Assembly (NCBI RefSeq): GCF_036321535.1
Contig: NC_087438.1
Span: 13,022,001 to 13,086,000, forward strand
Length of the DNA: 64,000 nt
DNA from: Camelus dromedarius
Taxonomy: Eukaryota
Direction: 5' to 3'
Under the pieces are notes generated by a model. It was not told the DNA's origin and did not search any database. It worked only from the letters and a program-made list of their open reading frames with translations. This document shows positions 1 through 12,990 of this stretch, in pieces (the first letter of the stretch is position 1; every line of letters begins with the position of its first letter). Position numbers and translations under genes: made by a program.

Positions 1-276
1 TAGGAATGGTTCTAAGAAGTTGACGATAAAGTGGGATTTTACTGATGCAACACCTACATTACTGACAGCAGACTGAAAATGAATAATTGCATGACATGCT
101 GTAATTACGCAATTGTTAAAATGTTCACCCATAGAGAACTGGGGTAGGGTACTGTCAAAGGGGATGCTTTAGCTTGTGTACTATCTCTGGTCCTGGAGAA
201 GAAGGAGGGAAACTGTAACTATAAGACTCTGGAATAGGGTACCTGTTTTGGGGGTCACTGATTCCTTGAAAAGAGA

Positions 277-831
277 CATGGTAGGCAGAATTTCTAAAAT
301 GGTCCCCCAGACATGTACAAGAACCTATGGATATGAACAGATACCACTCTCATCATTATGCCATATTATACTGCACAGCTGACTCTAAGACGGAGGGTCA
401 TCTGACAATTCAGATGATACAATTACATGAGCCCTTAAAAGCAGCTTCTGATGGTAAAAGAAGTCATGGAGATTTGAGACTGGATAGGACTCGATGTGCC
501 ATTGCCCGCTTGGAAGATGGACAGGACCATGAGAAAAGGAGGGGAGGCAGTCTTACAGAGCTAAGAGTCTCCTAGCTGATGGCCAGGAAGGAAATAAGAA
601 TGTTAATCCTACAATCACAAGGAGCTGAAATTTGCCAAAAGTTTGCATGAGCTTTGAAAACAGATTTTTATTCCCCTAGAGCCTGTAGGTATGAGACTAG
701 CCCAGCTCACATAGTGATTTTGTCACTGTGAGGCCCTAAGACCACTGGACACTGGACCTACAGAGCTGGCTGTTGTCTTAAGTTGCAAAGTTTGTGATAA
801 TTTGCTCCAGGAGTGACAGGAAACTAATGCA
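277..831 (+). mobile_element. MaLR solo LTR (MLT1E-like)
   Basis: Starts catggtaggcagaatttctaaaatggtcccc and ends ggaaactaatgca, both MLT1E-type termini. Perfect 5-bp TSD AGAGA at 272-276 and 832-836. Confidence 0.85.
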
Positions 832-2807
832 AGAGATAGCAAGAGGATCACGGTGTTTAACCATCAATTTACTTTAGGTAAATGTGCCCGCTTTCTCCGT
901 ATTTTTCATAACCAGTGAATCAGACACACAAACTCACAGATTCCTGTGTCTGTAACTCAAGAGTTATTTTCTCCATTTGTTATTACAGATAATTTTTCAA
1001 GCAGAAAATTTCCATAAATGTTAAATTCTACTCCTTCTGTAGCTCCCCTCCCCACCCACAGCTAGACTGGATCAATAAGTATACTGTGAATTGGACCCAA
1101 GTGAAATTTTCCTGCATCAAGATTTCAGATTTTTAGCTCAAAATTCCATCTCTCTGTCTCTTTTCCAGAATGTACTGTGCTTCTTGGTAGGTATTACAGT
1201 GCAAAATAGGAACATTGTTCCCTAGAGTTGCTGGATGTGTGTTCTATTGCTTTCATAAACTTGACAGAGATAACCATACCTACAGAATGATAAAATTCTG
1301 CTTTTAAGTTATTTGAGCATCAGGGGCATATTCTGATATGTGTCCAGGGTCTGTTTGGTGTAGCTAACTCCTTAAGCGTTCCAGAGACAGATGTCTGAAG
1401 ATCATTTCCAAGCCCTGTCACATAGCCTGCATCTTAATGACACATTTGAATGAGGAGCCATATGTAAATTCTGCACCAGTTAAAGGACTATGACTTGAAA
1501 TGAAAGTGAATAAATGGTCTAACACAGCAGAAAGAATTAAGATTTCATTATGAAGTCAGTTAAACCCTATATATAGGAGGAAGTCTATTTTTCTTTCTGT
1601 TTTCAAGGAATCAGACTATCTTTAAAAAAACTTTACTGTATGTGAAGTGTATCAGTTAGACATTTCTAGCCCTTCTATGACTTTTTTCTTTGGCTTATTT
1701 GTTTCATACATTAAAAAAAATCCTTTGTGGCCTGTGCTTTAGAATTCACTGGTCATACTCAGGCCAATCAATGCCTTTTGCTGTGATAGCGTTGCTCCTG
1801 ATCCTCACAATATGCAGGGCCACTCTCTGTTAGAGCAGTGTTTGACGAGTTAAAAATAAGTGTTCAGAATTAAATGCAAAAGCGTTACTTCTAATCATAC
1901 GCAAATTGCTACTGGAGTGTCAGAGATGACTTCTTACCAATATCAGGGAATTCTAGCTAAGGTTATTAAAAGAAGATCTACCATGATTTTTTTTTTAAAC
2001 TGTTTGACTTACATTACAGAAGAACTATACTATTAATTGGGACATTTTAAACATTTTGATAGGGCGCAAAATCTGCTTTCTGAGTAAATTTAAGGTTTTA
2101 TTTCCTGCACCAAAGTCCTGTGGACATAAAACTTCATTTAAATGTTCCACCTCTATATATGTACATATTTTTCAGTATCTTTGTAATATGGTTTTGTAAT
2201 ATTATGTATAGCTGTTCAATAAACATTTTCTTTTTCAGACTTCTATCCTCAACCTTGATTAAAAAAAAACAAAATTAGAAAAGGCATATTTTCACTAAGA
2301 GGGTTAAATTAAAAATATCTTCCTTTTTAGATTTTAATATTTTCCTCCATATGGATTATCTCCACACTTATTCCCAGTAAGAGAAAATATCATATTTAAT
2401 CCTTGTAGCTTGGTTTTTCCACGTTGAAATGCATACCACTGTTACAATCTCACTTTCCTTTAGGCACAAATAGACTGTTACTAATTATGATACAAAATCT
2501 GTTTAATCAACATTAGAAATATCAGTTATACAGAAGACACCAAGTAAAAATCAACTAACTTTTCCTTTTTCCATTTAGGCTCACACTAAATAAATATCTC
2601 ATTTTGGAAATATTATACTCTAAGAAAACTTTCTTAGAGTTTTTTTTTTTTTAATGTCATTTAAGCATGATGGTTTGAAGTAGATTGCCATATAGGCTCA
2701 AAGTTTCAGTTTTTTGTTACCCTTATTTAACCTGATGAATCTATGGGGTCAGTCTTTTTCATTCGTATTACTCTAGCTATGCATTAATTTTCACAGGGAG
2801 GACTTAA

Positions 2808-3302
2808 GCAACAGGTGGGATTATAAGAAGTTCTCTAGGACTCCCATCCTTTAGGGTCCACCTCCTATAGCCCCATATGAGTGTGGACTAGTACTGTGAC
2901 GATGGTGGAAATCACTCCCATATCAACAACATAATATGGCTATGGTTAAGACATATTTAAAGATGTAATTAAGGTCTCTAATCAGTAGATTTTAAAGTTA
3001 ATCAAAGGAAACATAATCCTGGGTCTGAGGTCAGAAACATCTTGCTCCTCCTGGCCTTGAAGAAGCAATCAACCATGAGTTCCAGAGCTGCTTGTGAGTG
3101 AATTCTGCCATCAACCCTTTGAGCTTGGGATCAGCCTCTGGCCTCGAAAGCAACTTGACGGCAGCTGTTTGAGACCCCGTACAGGGGACTCAACTAAGCT
3201 GTGCCTGAACTCCTAACCCATGAAAAATGTGAAATAAGTGGGGTTTGTTTTAAACTGTCAAACTTTTGGTAATTTGTTACACAGGAACAGAAAACTAACA
3301 TA
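2808..3302 (+). mobile_element. MaLR solo LTR (MLT1E-like)
   Basis: Contains agatgtaattaaggtctctaatcagtagattttaaagttaatcaaagg and the 3' end ggtaatttgttacacaggaacagaaaactaaca. Confidence 0.8.
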
Positions 3303-3304
3303 CT

Positions 3305-4203
3305 CCGTGTCCCTCCTCTTACTTCGGATAACAGAATTCCACTTTACAATATGGAAATCATTTTGTATGATTTGAGCGGGGCTGATCTTAAGTTGATCCT
3401 TAACAGCACACCCTACACCTCTGAGTATAATGACAGGTTCAGAGAAAAATAAACTAAGTTTGATCAGTCAGCACCTTTCTAGGCCTTTTGTGTCAACCTT
3501 GGTAAAAAGAAATTTCTCTTCCCAACATATTTAGTATCATGTGATCATTAGTTGTCAATATCCATATGGTCTATCTTCCTTATTCGTAGAGCCTGTTGGT
3601 GTACATGGTTGGTTGGCTAACTGAATACCCCTTCCCAAGCTCTTTTTCCTTTAGAAAGGCTGAATGATAGCTGCTTTCGTGATGTTTCTTATCATTATGT
3701 AAGTGTATGTGACATGGTTCTAGCCAACCAGATGTTAATGTATAATTGCTAGGAGGCTTCTGGGAAAGCTTTTATATTTTCCTTAAAAAGAAGTCATGTC
3801 ACTGGACTCGTTTTCCCCCCATTCTTTAGTTCTAGAATATAGATCTAATATCCAGGCTCAGCTCCCATCTTGAGGTCATGTCCTGACATTCTGAGCCAGT
3901 GGTTTATTGCCTTTTACTTTCTTATCACATGAGATGTCATATGTATGTTATGTATTGAACTACTGCAGGTGAATATGCTTTTACTTGCATCTGAAAGTCT
4001 TTATGTATGATGGAAGGACCATATGAAATATAGAAAGAGGCAGAGTGTTACTGACATCATCAAAGCCCTGTTATCTGGCTGTGTGCAAAATCAGCTTTAT
4101 CCCGGGGCTTTTCAGTTTAATGAGCCTCCCACTTCCTATTTTGTTTAACTTGTATTAGTTTCTATTCATTCAATTGCAATTACAGAATCCCAATGAACAC
4201 AGA
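3305..4203 (+). mobile_element. Old MaLR LTR fragments (MLT1J/K-like, interrupted by a second old MLT1 at ~3590-4000)
   Basis: Two successive MLT1-type 3' ends (ttacttgcatctgaaag ~3990; caattgcaattacagaatcccaatgaacaca ~4200). Highly diverged. Confidence 0.5.
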
Positions 4204-5152
4204 AGTTGCTAGGTGGAACTGCTTTTGTTTTGTTTTTTGTTTGCTCGTTTGTTTTGTTTTTGGCAGGGTGGGCAATGGAAGAGGCAGACACTAAGAATGA
4301 CAGTCTGAAATGTAGGAAATTTTCTGAGCTGAGTATTAGTGTGGGGTGCTAATACATTTCTCATTCCTACCTAGGAAATTATTCATTCTTATTATGTGGT
4401 GCCAAAGTACTTGATTTAGATAAATCCTGATTCAGGCCGTGGTTGTTTACCAAGGCTAGAGCTTTAAGGAACAAAGTGGAAAATTTTCAGAGTTTTGTAA
4501 ATTTTGCCTACTTCATTTTGCAGTTAGCTCCTGCCGTAAAAGGACATGCTTCAAACCAAGGAGGATGTCAAAGTAAATCATTCATAAATAGCTTTCTGCT
4601 GCACTTAAGATTCAGGGACACCAAGACTTACTTTTATTTATGGTAATTCCAATTTCAAGAGGATGAACAAGTACATTTATTACCTTACAAAAACAAATCT
4701 CAAAATTTGGGAAGCAGTGTGAATTTAAGAAAATCTTAGTAAATTAAGAGCTGAATGTTTTATATCACCTGATATTAATTTTAATATCATAAATTTATGT
4801 ATTTACTCTTATAACTTATTTGATTATCAAAATATTTTCAAATCATATATAACAATTCATATAAAAGCATCTTTGGTAAGCATAACAAAATAGAAACTAC
4901 AAAATTCATTAAGATAGAGGAAGTTTATCAGCTTTTGATTAGGTGTCAAGAAATTAAGGAACTATGATTTTCGTACAAATGAACCAAAGGAAACAAAGAA
5001 TGTGCTAATTTCTTTCACCCACAATCAGGCTGGGACCGACACTGTATTTCATTGCCTGCTGTTCTGCTGTTCACATTCTAGAATGTCCGAGATGGAAATG
5101 ACTATGCACTGAACAGAATGGGAGAAGTCAAATTCTCTGCTTTAAACTAAAG

Positions 5153-5363
5153 AGTGTTTAAGCACATTATCAAATCCAGCCAACCACCTAATTTTGTGCG
5201 TAAAATTTTATTGGAACACATCCACACCCATTCTTTCCATGTGGTCCATAGACCACTTCAGTCCTATTATGGCGGAACTGAACGGCTGTGACAGAGATCA
5301 TCTGGACCCTACAGACAAAAATATTTACTCTCTGGCCCTTTAAAAAACACCTGACAACCCCTA
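5153..5363 (+). mobile_element. hAT-Charlie MITE, MER58A-like
   Basis: Contains ttttattggaacacatccacaccc and aaaatatttactctctggccctttaa. 8-bp TSD AACTAAAG (5145-5152) / AACTAGAG (5364-5371), 7/8 match. Confidence 0.85.
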
Positions 5364-6199
5364 AACTAGAGGAATGCCACACACTCTATCAAAACAGAGC
5401 AAACTGCCCACTTTGTGAGAAGTCAAGAGCCTGAAAGCAGGAGCAGATTATCCTGCCCTATTTCCATGGCTCGTGTGAAACAGAATCCAAGAAGCAGATA
5501 AACCAAGCATCAGGAGAACAGAAAGAAAGATCACCCACCATTCTTTTAAGAGACAGAAATCTTAAGGCTGGGATCCAAACTCAAGGACCATAACTCGCAA
5601 GTTATCTTTTTAATCTTCCTTACTGAAACATGAAGTCTCAAGTATATAAAATGCTAGTCAACCCATTTGGGTTTTAATTACCAAAGGGAAAAGCACTGAA
5701 GATGTGAGACAGAGTTGCTGGTGATATTCCAACCCCTAGGGCAATTCTTAGGCCTCCAAACCACTCCAAAAGTAAGTGGGATGTTTTACTGGTTCTGAGT
5801 CTGGGAAGGAAATTCTTGCCAAAGTCACTCTGAGATGTGAGAATAGAAGTCAATAAAAAGGAAAGTGGAATTTCTCTCCCAAGTTCCCTCATCCCTTTTC
5901 CTGTACTTCCTGTGTGCGGTAGGGAGGTGGGCTCTCGCTCCACTGATGGAAATTTTTAGACCAATGGCCACAGAGAGAATTTACCCTTTCCTTGTTTTAC
6001 ATAAATGTGTTTATTAAAGCAGTCTATCTTCCATTAATATTTCTATTTAGAATTGGGGGTGTTCATGACTTGGGATCATTAGCAGCCATACTTAACCATA
6101 TTTTACAAATCTATTTAAAAACTATTTGCCCATAAATATTGAGGATGTCTGCTAATTGGATTTCTTTTAGATTATGGGTTTATGTAGAACTTTGTGGTC

Positions 6200-6530
6200 T
6201 TTTATTCATTTGTCCAGCAAACATTGGTCACCTCTTTTGTGCCAGGCACTGTTCTGGGCAACTCTGAATGTCAATGAACAAAATGAACATCTCTCTGAGT
6301 GGAGCTTCTTACACTCTATTGAGGTGATGTGGATAATAGACAACAAACTTAGTAAATAACTAAAGCTTAAATATTAGAAATTGGAAAGTACTGGGAAAAA
6401 TGGAAAAGAAATTGGAAAAAAACATGATAAGGAAGACTGGAATGTTAAGTGTCCAGTACGTTTTTAAATAGCATGATCAGATTAGACCCCACTGGGCAGG
6501 TAACACTTGAGCAAACACTTAAAGGACCAG
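6200..6530 (-). mobile_element. LINE2 3' fragment
   Basis: tttattcatttgtccagcaaacat...tgtgccaggcactgttctggg is the reverse complement of the L2 3' end. Confidence 0.75.
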
Positions 6531-7667
6531 CCATGAAAGCAGGGCTGTCTGCTCCATTACCATGGCTGCAGTGACACCTTAGTGGAAACCCTACCAATGC
6601 TATTTCAGCATTTCAATTTTAGTTCTGAAGGGTTTCATAGGACTATCTCTCTTAAGGTTGTTTGAAAAGCTGCTATTGTATTTCTCATGACACTTTAACA
6701 ATGATGGGAAGAAATCTAAATTAGTGCCTTCATTTTTTTTTTGGAAGAGGAATGTATAATGTGTTGTATGGGAAACCAAAGGAATGATTTTATGTATCTT
6801 GACATAACTGAGCTTTGAAGATTTTCCACTATTGAAAAATATGTAGTTTTTGATAATGCAAAGTATAACTGAGATGTAGAAAACCCATCTGAAGGACCCA
6901 TTATTTCTTAATTAATAAAAAGGGAGACTGGAATCCATTTGTCTGACTTTTGTATATTTATCAAAGTTAATGCTGTAGAAGTATTAATTAACATACTTAT
7001 ATACCAGACTTGAGTAAATTTGGCAGCTCACTACAGTTGACACTGGGCTTTTAGTTATTTAATGGGGCAATTGTAACTGGGAGTCCAGTTCCAATATCTC
7101 TGGAGAGAGTGATGCTTCTGATCTAACTATACCAGGACAAACAGAAATGACATATTCAGTGGAATGAAGGCTGTTGATGGCTTAGTTATGCCCTATAGGA
7201 AACAAATGCACGGGAATAGGGTATTATTGATAAACTCTGCACTATATCCTCTATGGTTGCTTGTAGGTGTAAACTGCTTATATTCATACTGATATAAATT
7301 ATTCGAATCCTCATTTGTTTGGAGAAGATGAGAAATGCTTGTAAATATTTGAGTGCTTTCCTCCTCCACCACCACCCAAAATTCTTGGGGATGTGAAACA
7401 TATTTTTATCCCTTCAGTGAGAACCAATATCTATTTTCTGTATATGTTGATTTAGTTATGTGGATTAGCCAAGTTTGCATTACTCAAATGATGGTAAGAT
7501 TATTCATATGCATAGCAAAATGGAGATAGATTATTAAGATGAAAACAAAGGTAAGTGGTATTTCTGACTGTTGTTGTGTAAAACTCAAGCATCTGAAACT
7601 TCCATGGACTTTAATAAGTTTTTACTTTCACTGTTTTAGACACAGTACGTGTTTAAAACATAGATGG

Positions 7668-7785
7668 ACAAGGCTGCCATGTTACACAACTTGATGGTGA
7701 TGGGGAGCACCATAAAAATCATAGTAAATGCAAATGCATGATGGAATTGTGCAGTTTACAACACATGTGACTATATGTGATGATC
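7668..7785. mobile_element. hAT-Tip100 MITE, MER91-like
   Basis: cacaact...ggggagcaccat...atggaattgtgcagtttacaac, a semi-palindromic MER91 pattern. Confidence 0.5.
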
Positions 7786-9424
7786 TATGTCCAACTTATT
7801 ACCATAAGTGCATCTACACCCTCCTAAAGTTGTTCCAAATTTTTGCTTTTGATTTCCATTGCCTTGGTTTACATCGTTGATTATAAATTGGAGAATTTTC
7901 ATTTTAATTTTTGGCTTATAGTCAAAAGTGTCTTTTTTATGAAAAAAAAAAAAAAACTTTGGGCTTGTTATAATTTATATCCCTTCTACTGGTTTCAGAA
8001 ATATTAGTAAGAATTTGACACACAAATAAGAAGAAAATTAGAATGCCTTGGTTACAAATTAAAACAATGTGTAGCCTGGATATTTTATCATTAGCTTCCT
8101 GACTGTTTAGACACAAATTGGGTAGTAAATAAATGAAAAGTGATTTCAAAAGGAAAAAGAAAGTTAAATGCAGTTAGGTACGTGTGTGCATGTTATTTTA
8201 ACAGAAAATGTAATAGCCTATATTATTTTAAGTTTAAATTGGTCTTTAGATGGCAACGTGCAGAAAAATTTAATTACCCACGTATAAGCAGAATGTAAAT
8301 TACAAATTCATGGAAAAGAAACTGAAACGGTTTCACCCCATTCCCCACTCCACCCCTTGTGTAACCCTGGACATGCATTTGTGCATGTCCGCAGAACACA
8401 TGTGACAGATGGGGAGGCAAAAATTGATGAATGCTGGTAATAACAGAAATGGAAGGCCGTACTCCCTTGGGTTGCCCCCACCTCCCTTAAGAACCCAGAA
8501 TGAGTCATACTCACTGTATCTGTTTGCATTTGTAATTCCCTAGATAAAATGTTGTAGTTCTGTCTTTCTTGCTATGGTGAAATCATGCAATAGCTGTGTG
8601 TATATATACTTGTATGTACATTATATATGATAAAATCTTTATATATACATAATATTCTATTATACATATTATGAAACATTTATACAATTTTTTTTACTTG
8701 CAAGAAAAGTCTGTTACCTAAATCCTGCAGCTAGCCTTGGGATTTCAGTCATAAAACCTAATTATTTCTTTCTGAATAATTATTTCTTTCCAAGCATATA
8801 GAGCACATTTGACCCTACCGTCATGCTTATATCACCAGATGGCTCATAAATAAATCATTATAGGGTTCAAGATTCTGGGCTTTTAAATATTAGGTTATTT
8901 CATTTGCCCTACATTTTTACTTCTTGGGCGTGACTTTGAGAAGATAAACTCATGTAATATTAATGAAAGTTTAAAATTTATAAATCTCCCTTAAAAGTAA
9001 CACAATGTACTGGATAAATTATTGTACATGTTACTCTTCAATAGAGATCTTATACATTGTAATTTGAAATCACAGACATTAAAATAATTACATGCTTTAT
9101 GAAAATATGTGGATTCTTATTTGAACGTTTTTGTCATTTTCTTTGCATCTGTATTTCCTCATGTAAATCTCTATCTTGTACATAATTGAAAACTTGTAAA
9201 AAGTAGAATATAGAAAGACAATAAATTTTCATCACTTCTTCATTATAATACATATTATTTCAAACACCAACACAGAGTTAATTTCTACAGACATCTTTAC
9301 AAAGCTCTTTTGTACAGTAAGTAAATAATATATTCAATAAAAGTCTGATATTCTGCCAGATTTGTTTGTAACTCCTTAAATTCACATGTGATTTGCTTGA
9401 CACTGAGGGTACTTTTTTCAAATC

Positions 9425-9625
9425 AGTGGAGCAGGGTTGTGTTCAAATTATGTCTTGATTATTATTTTGGGTCTGTGACCTTTGGCAAATTAAATATTTC
9501 CTTTAGTTTATGCTTTTTCATATGTTAAATGGAAGTACTAAAACCTAAAGTCTGTGCTCTGAGTTTTAAACAAGTTCATTTATAAGGCTGGTATAGCACC
9601 TGTTGCATAGTTGTAAATATTTATT
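9425..9625 (+). mobile_element. MIR SINE
   Basis: MIR core: gttcaaat...tgtgacctttggcaaattaaat...tttttcatatgttaaatgga. Confidence 0.65.
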
Positions 9626-10149
9626 CCTTCCCTGCTGTCTCTATAAAGTAGGACTATTGGATTTAATTTACGGAGTTGTTGTTTATAATAAGATTATCTA
9701 TAAAGGTAATTAAAACTGTGCCTTGTGCTAAATAAATGATACTTTCTCCTGCTCTTTCTTTTATATTTTCCGGGTAAAACCTCTCTCATTTTTAAAATTC
9801 AGCTAGGATACTGTTCCCTCCCACAAATTCTCCCTAGGTTAACATCTTTAGTTAAAGAATTACATATTCCTTTTTTTGTACTCACATAGAAGTGCACATG
9901 AATTTCTGTGAGAATATTAGGTATATGATACTATATGTATCTGTTTATACATTCATATATATATATATTCATTCATATATATGCTTTCACTTTAACATTT
10001 TATATAACATTTCTTTTTTTCCTTGTATTTAAATGTTCTCAGAACTAGCCTTAATTCCTAGGTTTTAAATCCATTTCTCTTTCTTATTTCAGAGATGGAT
10101 AGTATAATAGATTTTTTTCTCCTAAAAGAGTACTATGGAATCCATAAGA

Positions 10150-10580
10150 TCTTTATGTTCAACAAACATCTTTTTCTGTAAGACATATCAAATTGCACAA
10201 TGTAAAATTTCCTGTGGTTAGCAATACAGAAAGTCTAGATATAATCAAGTTATTCATCATAGTATTTCCTGAATTCACCCTATATTCTGATATAAAATAA
10301 GACACCATGGAGCTTATATACTAGTATATAAAATTTGCTTAGTCAAATTATCATATATGTGAAAGATAAGTACCACAAAGTAAAGGTATGTGATATTGTA
10401 CCATGAAAAGGAGGACTTGATCTAATTAAGGCAGTATAAGGGAGCTTTTGAAGGAAGTGAGGACTGAACTAAGTTTGAAGCATTAGCAGTACTTTGTGAG
10501 ATGGAATAGAAGAAAAGAGACTTTATAGGCAGATGTAACAGTTTGTACAAAATTCTGCAATGGAGAAATAGATAACAAAT
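10150..10580 (-). mobile_element. LINE2 fragment
   Basis: atggagcttatatactagt and gaaggaagtgaggactgaactaagtttgaag, both L2-like motifs. Confidence 0.55.
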
Positions 10581-10582
10581 AC

Positions 10583-12550
10583 AGGGTGATGCTTGTATCT
10601 TCTGTTCTGGTGGGATGTGCTTGTTCTCTCAACCATCTTTCTCAGAGTGTGGGGGAGAGTTTCAGAGGCTTCAGCTTAGTTTTTTTCTAATGAGAAACTT
10701 CCATCCTACAGGCCAAAAACCAACATAGGAATTCTGCAAATCCCCAGTAAGTCCATTCCAACAATTAATTGGCAGGGAGAGATATTGCCACTGGGGACAT
10801 CCATAATCCCGGTAAACCATGTTGAGTGGACGAACATCAGGACTTTATTACTTGTCCTCCGTATGTCCCCACTTTAATAGGGGGTTCGTGATGAGGCTGT
10901 GAATCCCGGAGAATCTATGTCACCTTCTATCCATGTTCGGTTGTCCTTAAAATATCTTTCCCCCTCTGTACTATTATTCTAGCTAGTCACCATAGATCCA
11001 TTTGGGAAAAGACTGGGCCATTAGTACACATACTTGCTCTAGTGTTGCAGGGTCCTTTGCCCAGGGACATGACACTCCTTTACATAATGGGCTTTAGTTC
11101 TAAAAATTGGTCGAGGTTCAGAAACTAGGCAAAGGATCATAACATTACAATGGCAACTGTAATCAGCTTCCTGGTCATCTTTTCCACCTCTCCATTGCTA
11201 CTGGGGTGCTCATTTCTATACAGAATCTCCCACCATCAGACCACCTCCCAGTGATACGTTTCCCTACCACCAGTGGACCCTTATGACTTTAGGTACCTGG
11301 TGGACTTCCTGGCCTTACACAGAATAAAAACTCTATCATGTCCAAGTCCCTAAACCTTTTGACCATTTATTTCTTCTATTGTTGCCCATAATAGTTCAGA
11401 CACTTCTTTTTAAACATTTTTTATTGATTTATAATCATTTTACAATATTGTGTCAAGTTCCAGTGCAGAGCACAATTTTTCAGTTATACATTAACATATA
11501 TATATATATTCATTGTCACATTTTCTTTCTCTGTGAACTACCATAAGATCTTGTATATATTTCCCTGTGCTATAAAGTCAGACACTTTTATTTCACTAAG
11601 TTTTGGTTATCACTTTCTTTAAGCTTCTTCAACCCATCCTGGTAGCATATTTACTCTATCTCTCAGGGTTCTCGTCAAGATTTTAGATGCTGCATCCCAG
11701 AAGAATGTTATTGATTCGGTAAACTCTTTCTTGTCCAACTTTACTTTCCACCCCTAATTGATCCAGCACCCTTAAGATTCAGTCCTGTACACACTAGCCA
11801 GTCTCCTCTGACACGTCTTGCTTAGGTCCTGTAGCTCCTTCTGCATATATTTTCTTTTTTCCCTAGAAATGTCTAGACCTTCTCAACCCTGGGTATGTCA
11901 TGAACATATGAAGAAATGTGGGGGCAAATATTGAGGGAAGTCTTGTTTTCTTGCAAGGAAGTGTCTTCTGCATCATTTTCAGAGACAAGAGCACTCACTA
12001 TCCCTCAGTAGGTGGGTTTGGTGGATGCACGGTTTTCAAGGGCATTCATTCTGACATCACCAAACTCTGTACGAGGGTCCCAGTCTTTCTATCACAGTCT
12101 TGCCTTCAACATAGTGCACCTGCCTAGTTTGAGAATTTGTCCTTATTTAGAGCTTTTATGGTTAACTTCTATGGCTTTTCTTTAGCTTTCTTTGCTTTCC
12201 AGCTTCAGAAGATGAGATATGCTGAAAGGAGGACCTCTGATTTTCACACTTGTCTTTATCAAAGCATAATTAATCACCCTGAACACGAACCGTCCAATTC
12301 CACTGTATTATGCTTACTCTTTCCACTCTATTTGTCACTACAGTTACTAGGGCAATTCAGCCACAGGTATACAACCCCAGTTCACCACTAATAAAAGCTG
12401 AACAGTTACACTTCAGTCTGCCAGGGACTCGTGCTCCACATGTGACCAGTGATGAGGTCCTCATTGCCAGCTGGGTAGTGCCAATGCTGAGTAATCCAGC
12501 TCTAATATCCCATTGTAACATCTACTTTCTTGGACCGAATCTGGTACAAA
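10583..12550 (-). mobile_element. Decayed ERVL internal region (gag-protease-pol start; HERV16/ERV3-16A3-type)
   Basis: Minus-strand translation gives PIKVGTYGGQVIK (10843-10881; ERVL protease PVKVGAYGGQVIN), KPLKL at the pol start, and gag-like ILRVLDQ / KVKLDKKEF / NMLPGWVEEA (~11630-11790). Many stops and frameshifts. ERVL-type PBS region next to the LTR (~12525-12550). Confidence 0.85.
11406..11577 (-). mobile_element. 5'-truncated camelid-type L1 3' end inserted in the ERVL
   Basis: tttttattgatttataatcattttacaat...tatatttccctgtgctata. TSD TCAGACACTT at 11396-11405 and 11578-11587. Confidence 0.85.
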
Positions 12551-12554
12551 CTAT

Positions 12555-12990
12555 TGCAGGTCAGACTCCCTTGAGACGTGGATTACTGAGTACAGGAAAC
12601 TTATGCGGTAGTATTCTCAGCTTTAATACTTCTTGAGGAAAGGAAAGAAAGCAGGGTGTGGCAGAAGGAGAATTAAGACTTCAATGCCATCACAATAAAG
12701 TCGTGCATCACCCACAGTAAACTCCAAAATTGGATTCACCCTTTACAGGGCTCTGGAGTTTGGGAGAAGGGACAAGGCTTTACTGTCTCACACTGGCTGA
12801 TCATTACAAGTGGGCTGCCCCCTGGAGGAAGGAATAAGCTTGGGCGTGACACCCTTTTCAACAGAGGGCAAGTCCTGGAGAAGAGGGACAGCTGAGGACA
12901 GTCTGCAGCAGCAGTCCCAGTGTCTGAAGTGGTAGTCCTTCAGTCCTGAAGAAGGATCTGTGCAGTGTAGCTAAGAGACAATAGCTCAGG
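12555..12990 (-). mobile_element. ERVL LTR (LTR16-like), 5' LTR of the adjacent provirus fragment
   Basis: gtgggctgccccctgg...cttgggcg...gagggcaagtcctggag...gtccttcagtcctgaagaaggatctg matches the LTR16 pattern and is contiguous with the ERVL internal sequence. Confidence 0.75.

Noticed and set aside
2617..2652. Rho-independent terminator
   Set aside because: The context is eukaryotic, the stem is AT-rich, and there is no upstream gene.
10583..12550. Domesticated Fv1-like gag gene
   Set aside because: Multiple stops and frameshifts, plus an L1 insertion within the region.
11918..12636. Three overlapping plus-strand ORFs
   Set aside because: They are antisense to the decayed ERVL gag/leader and resemble no protein I recognise.
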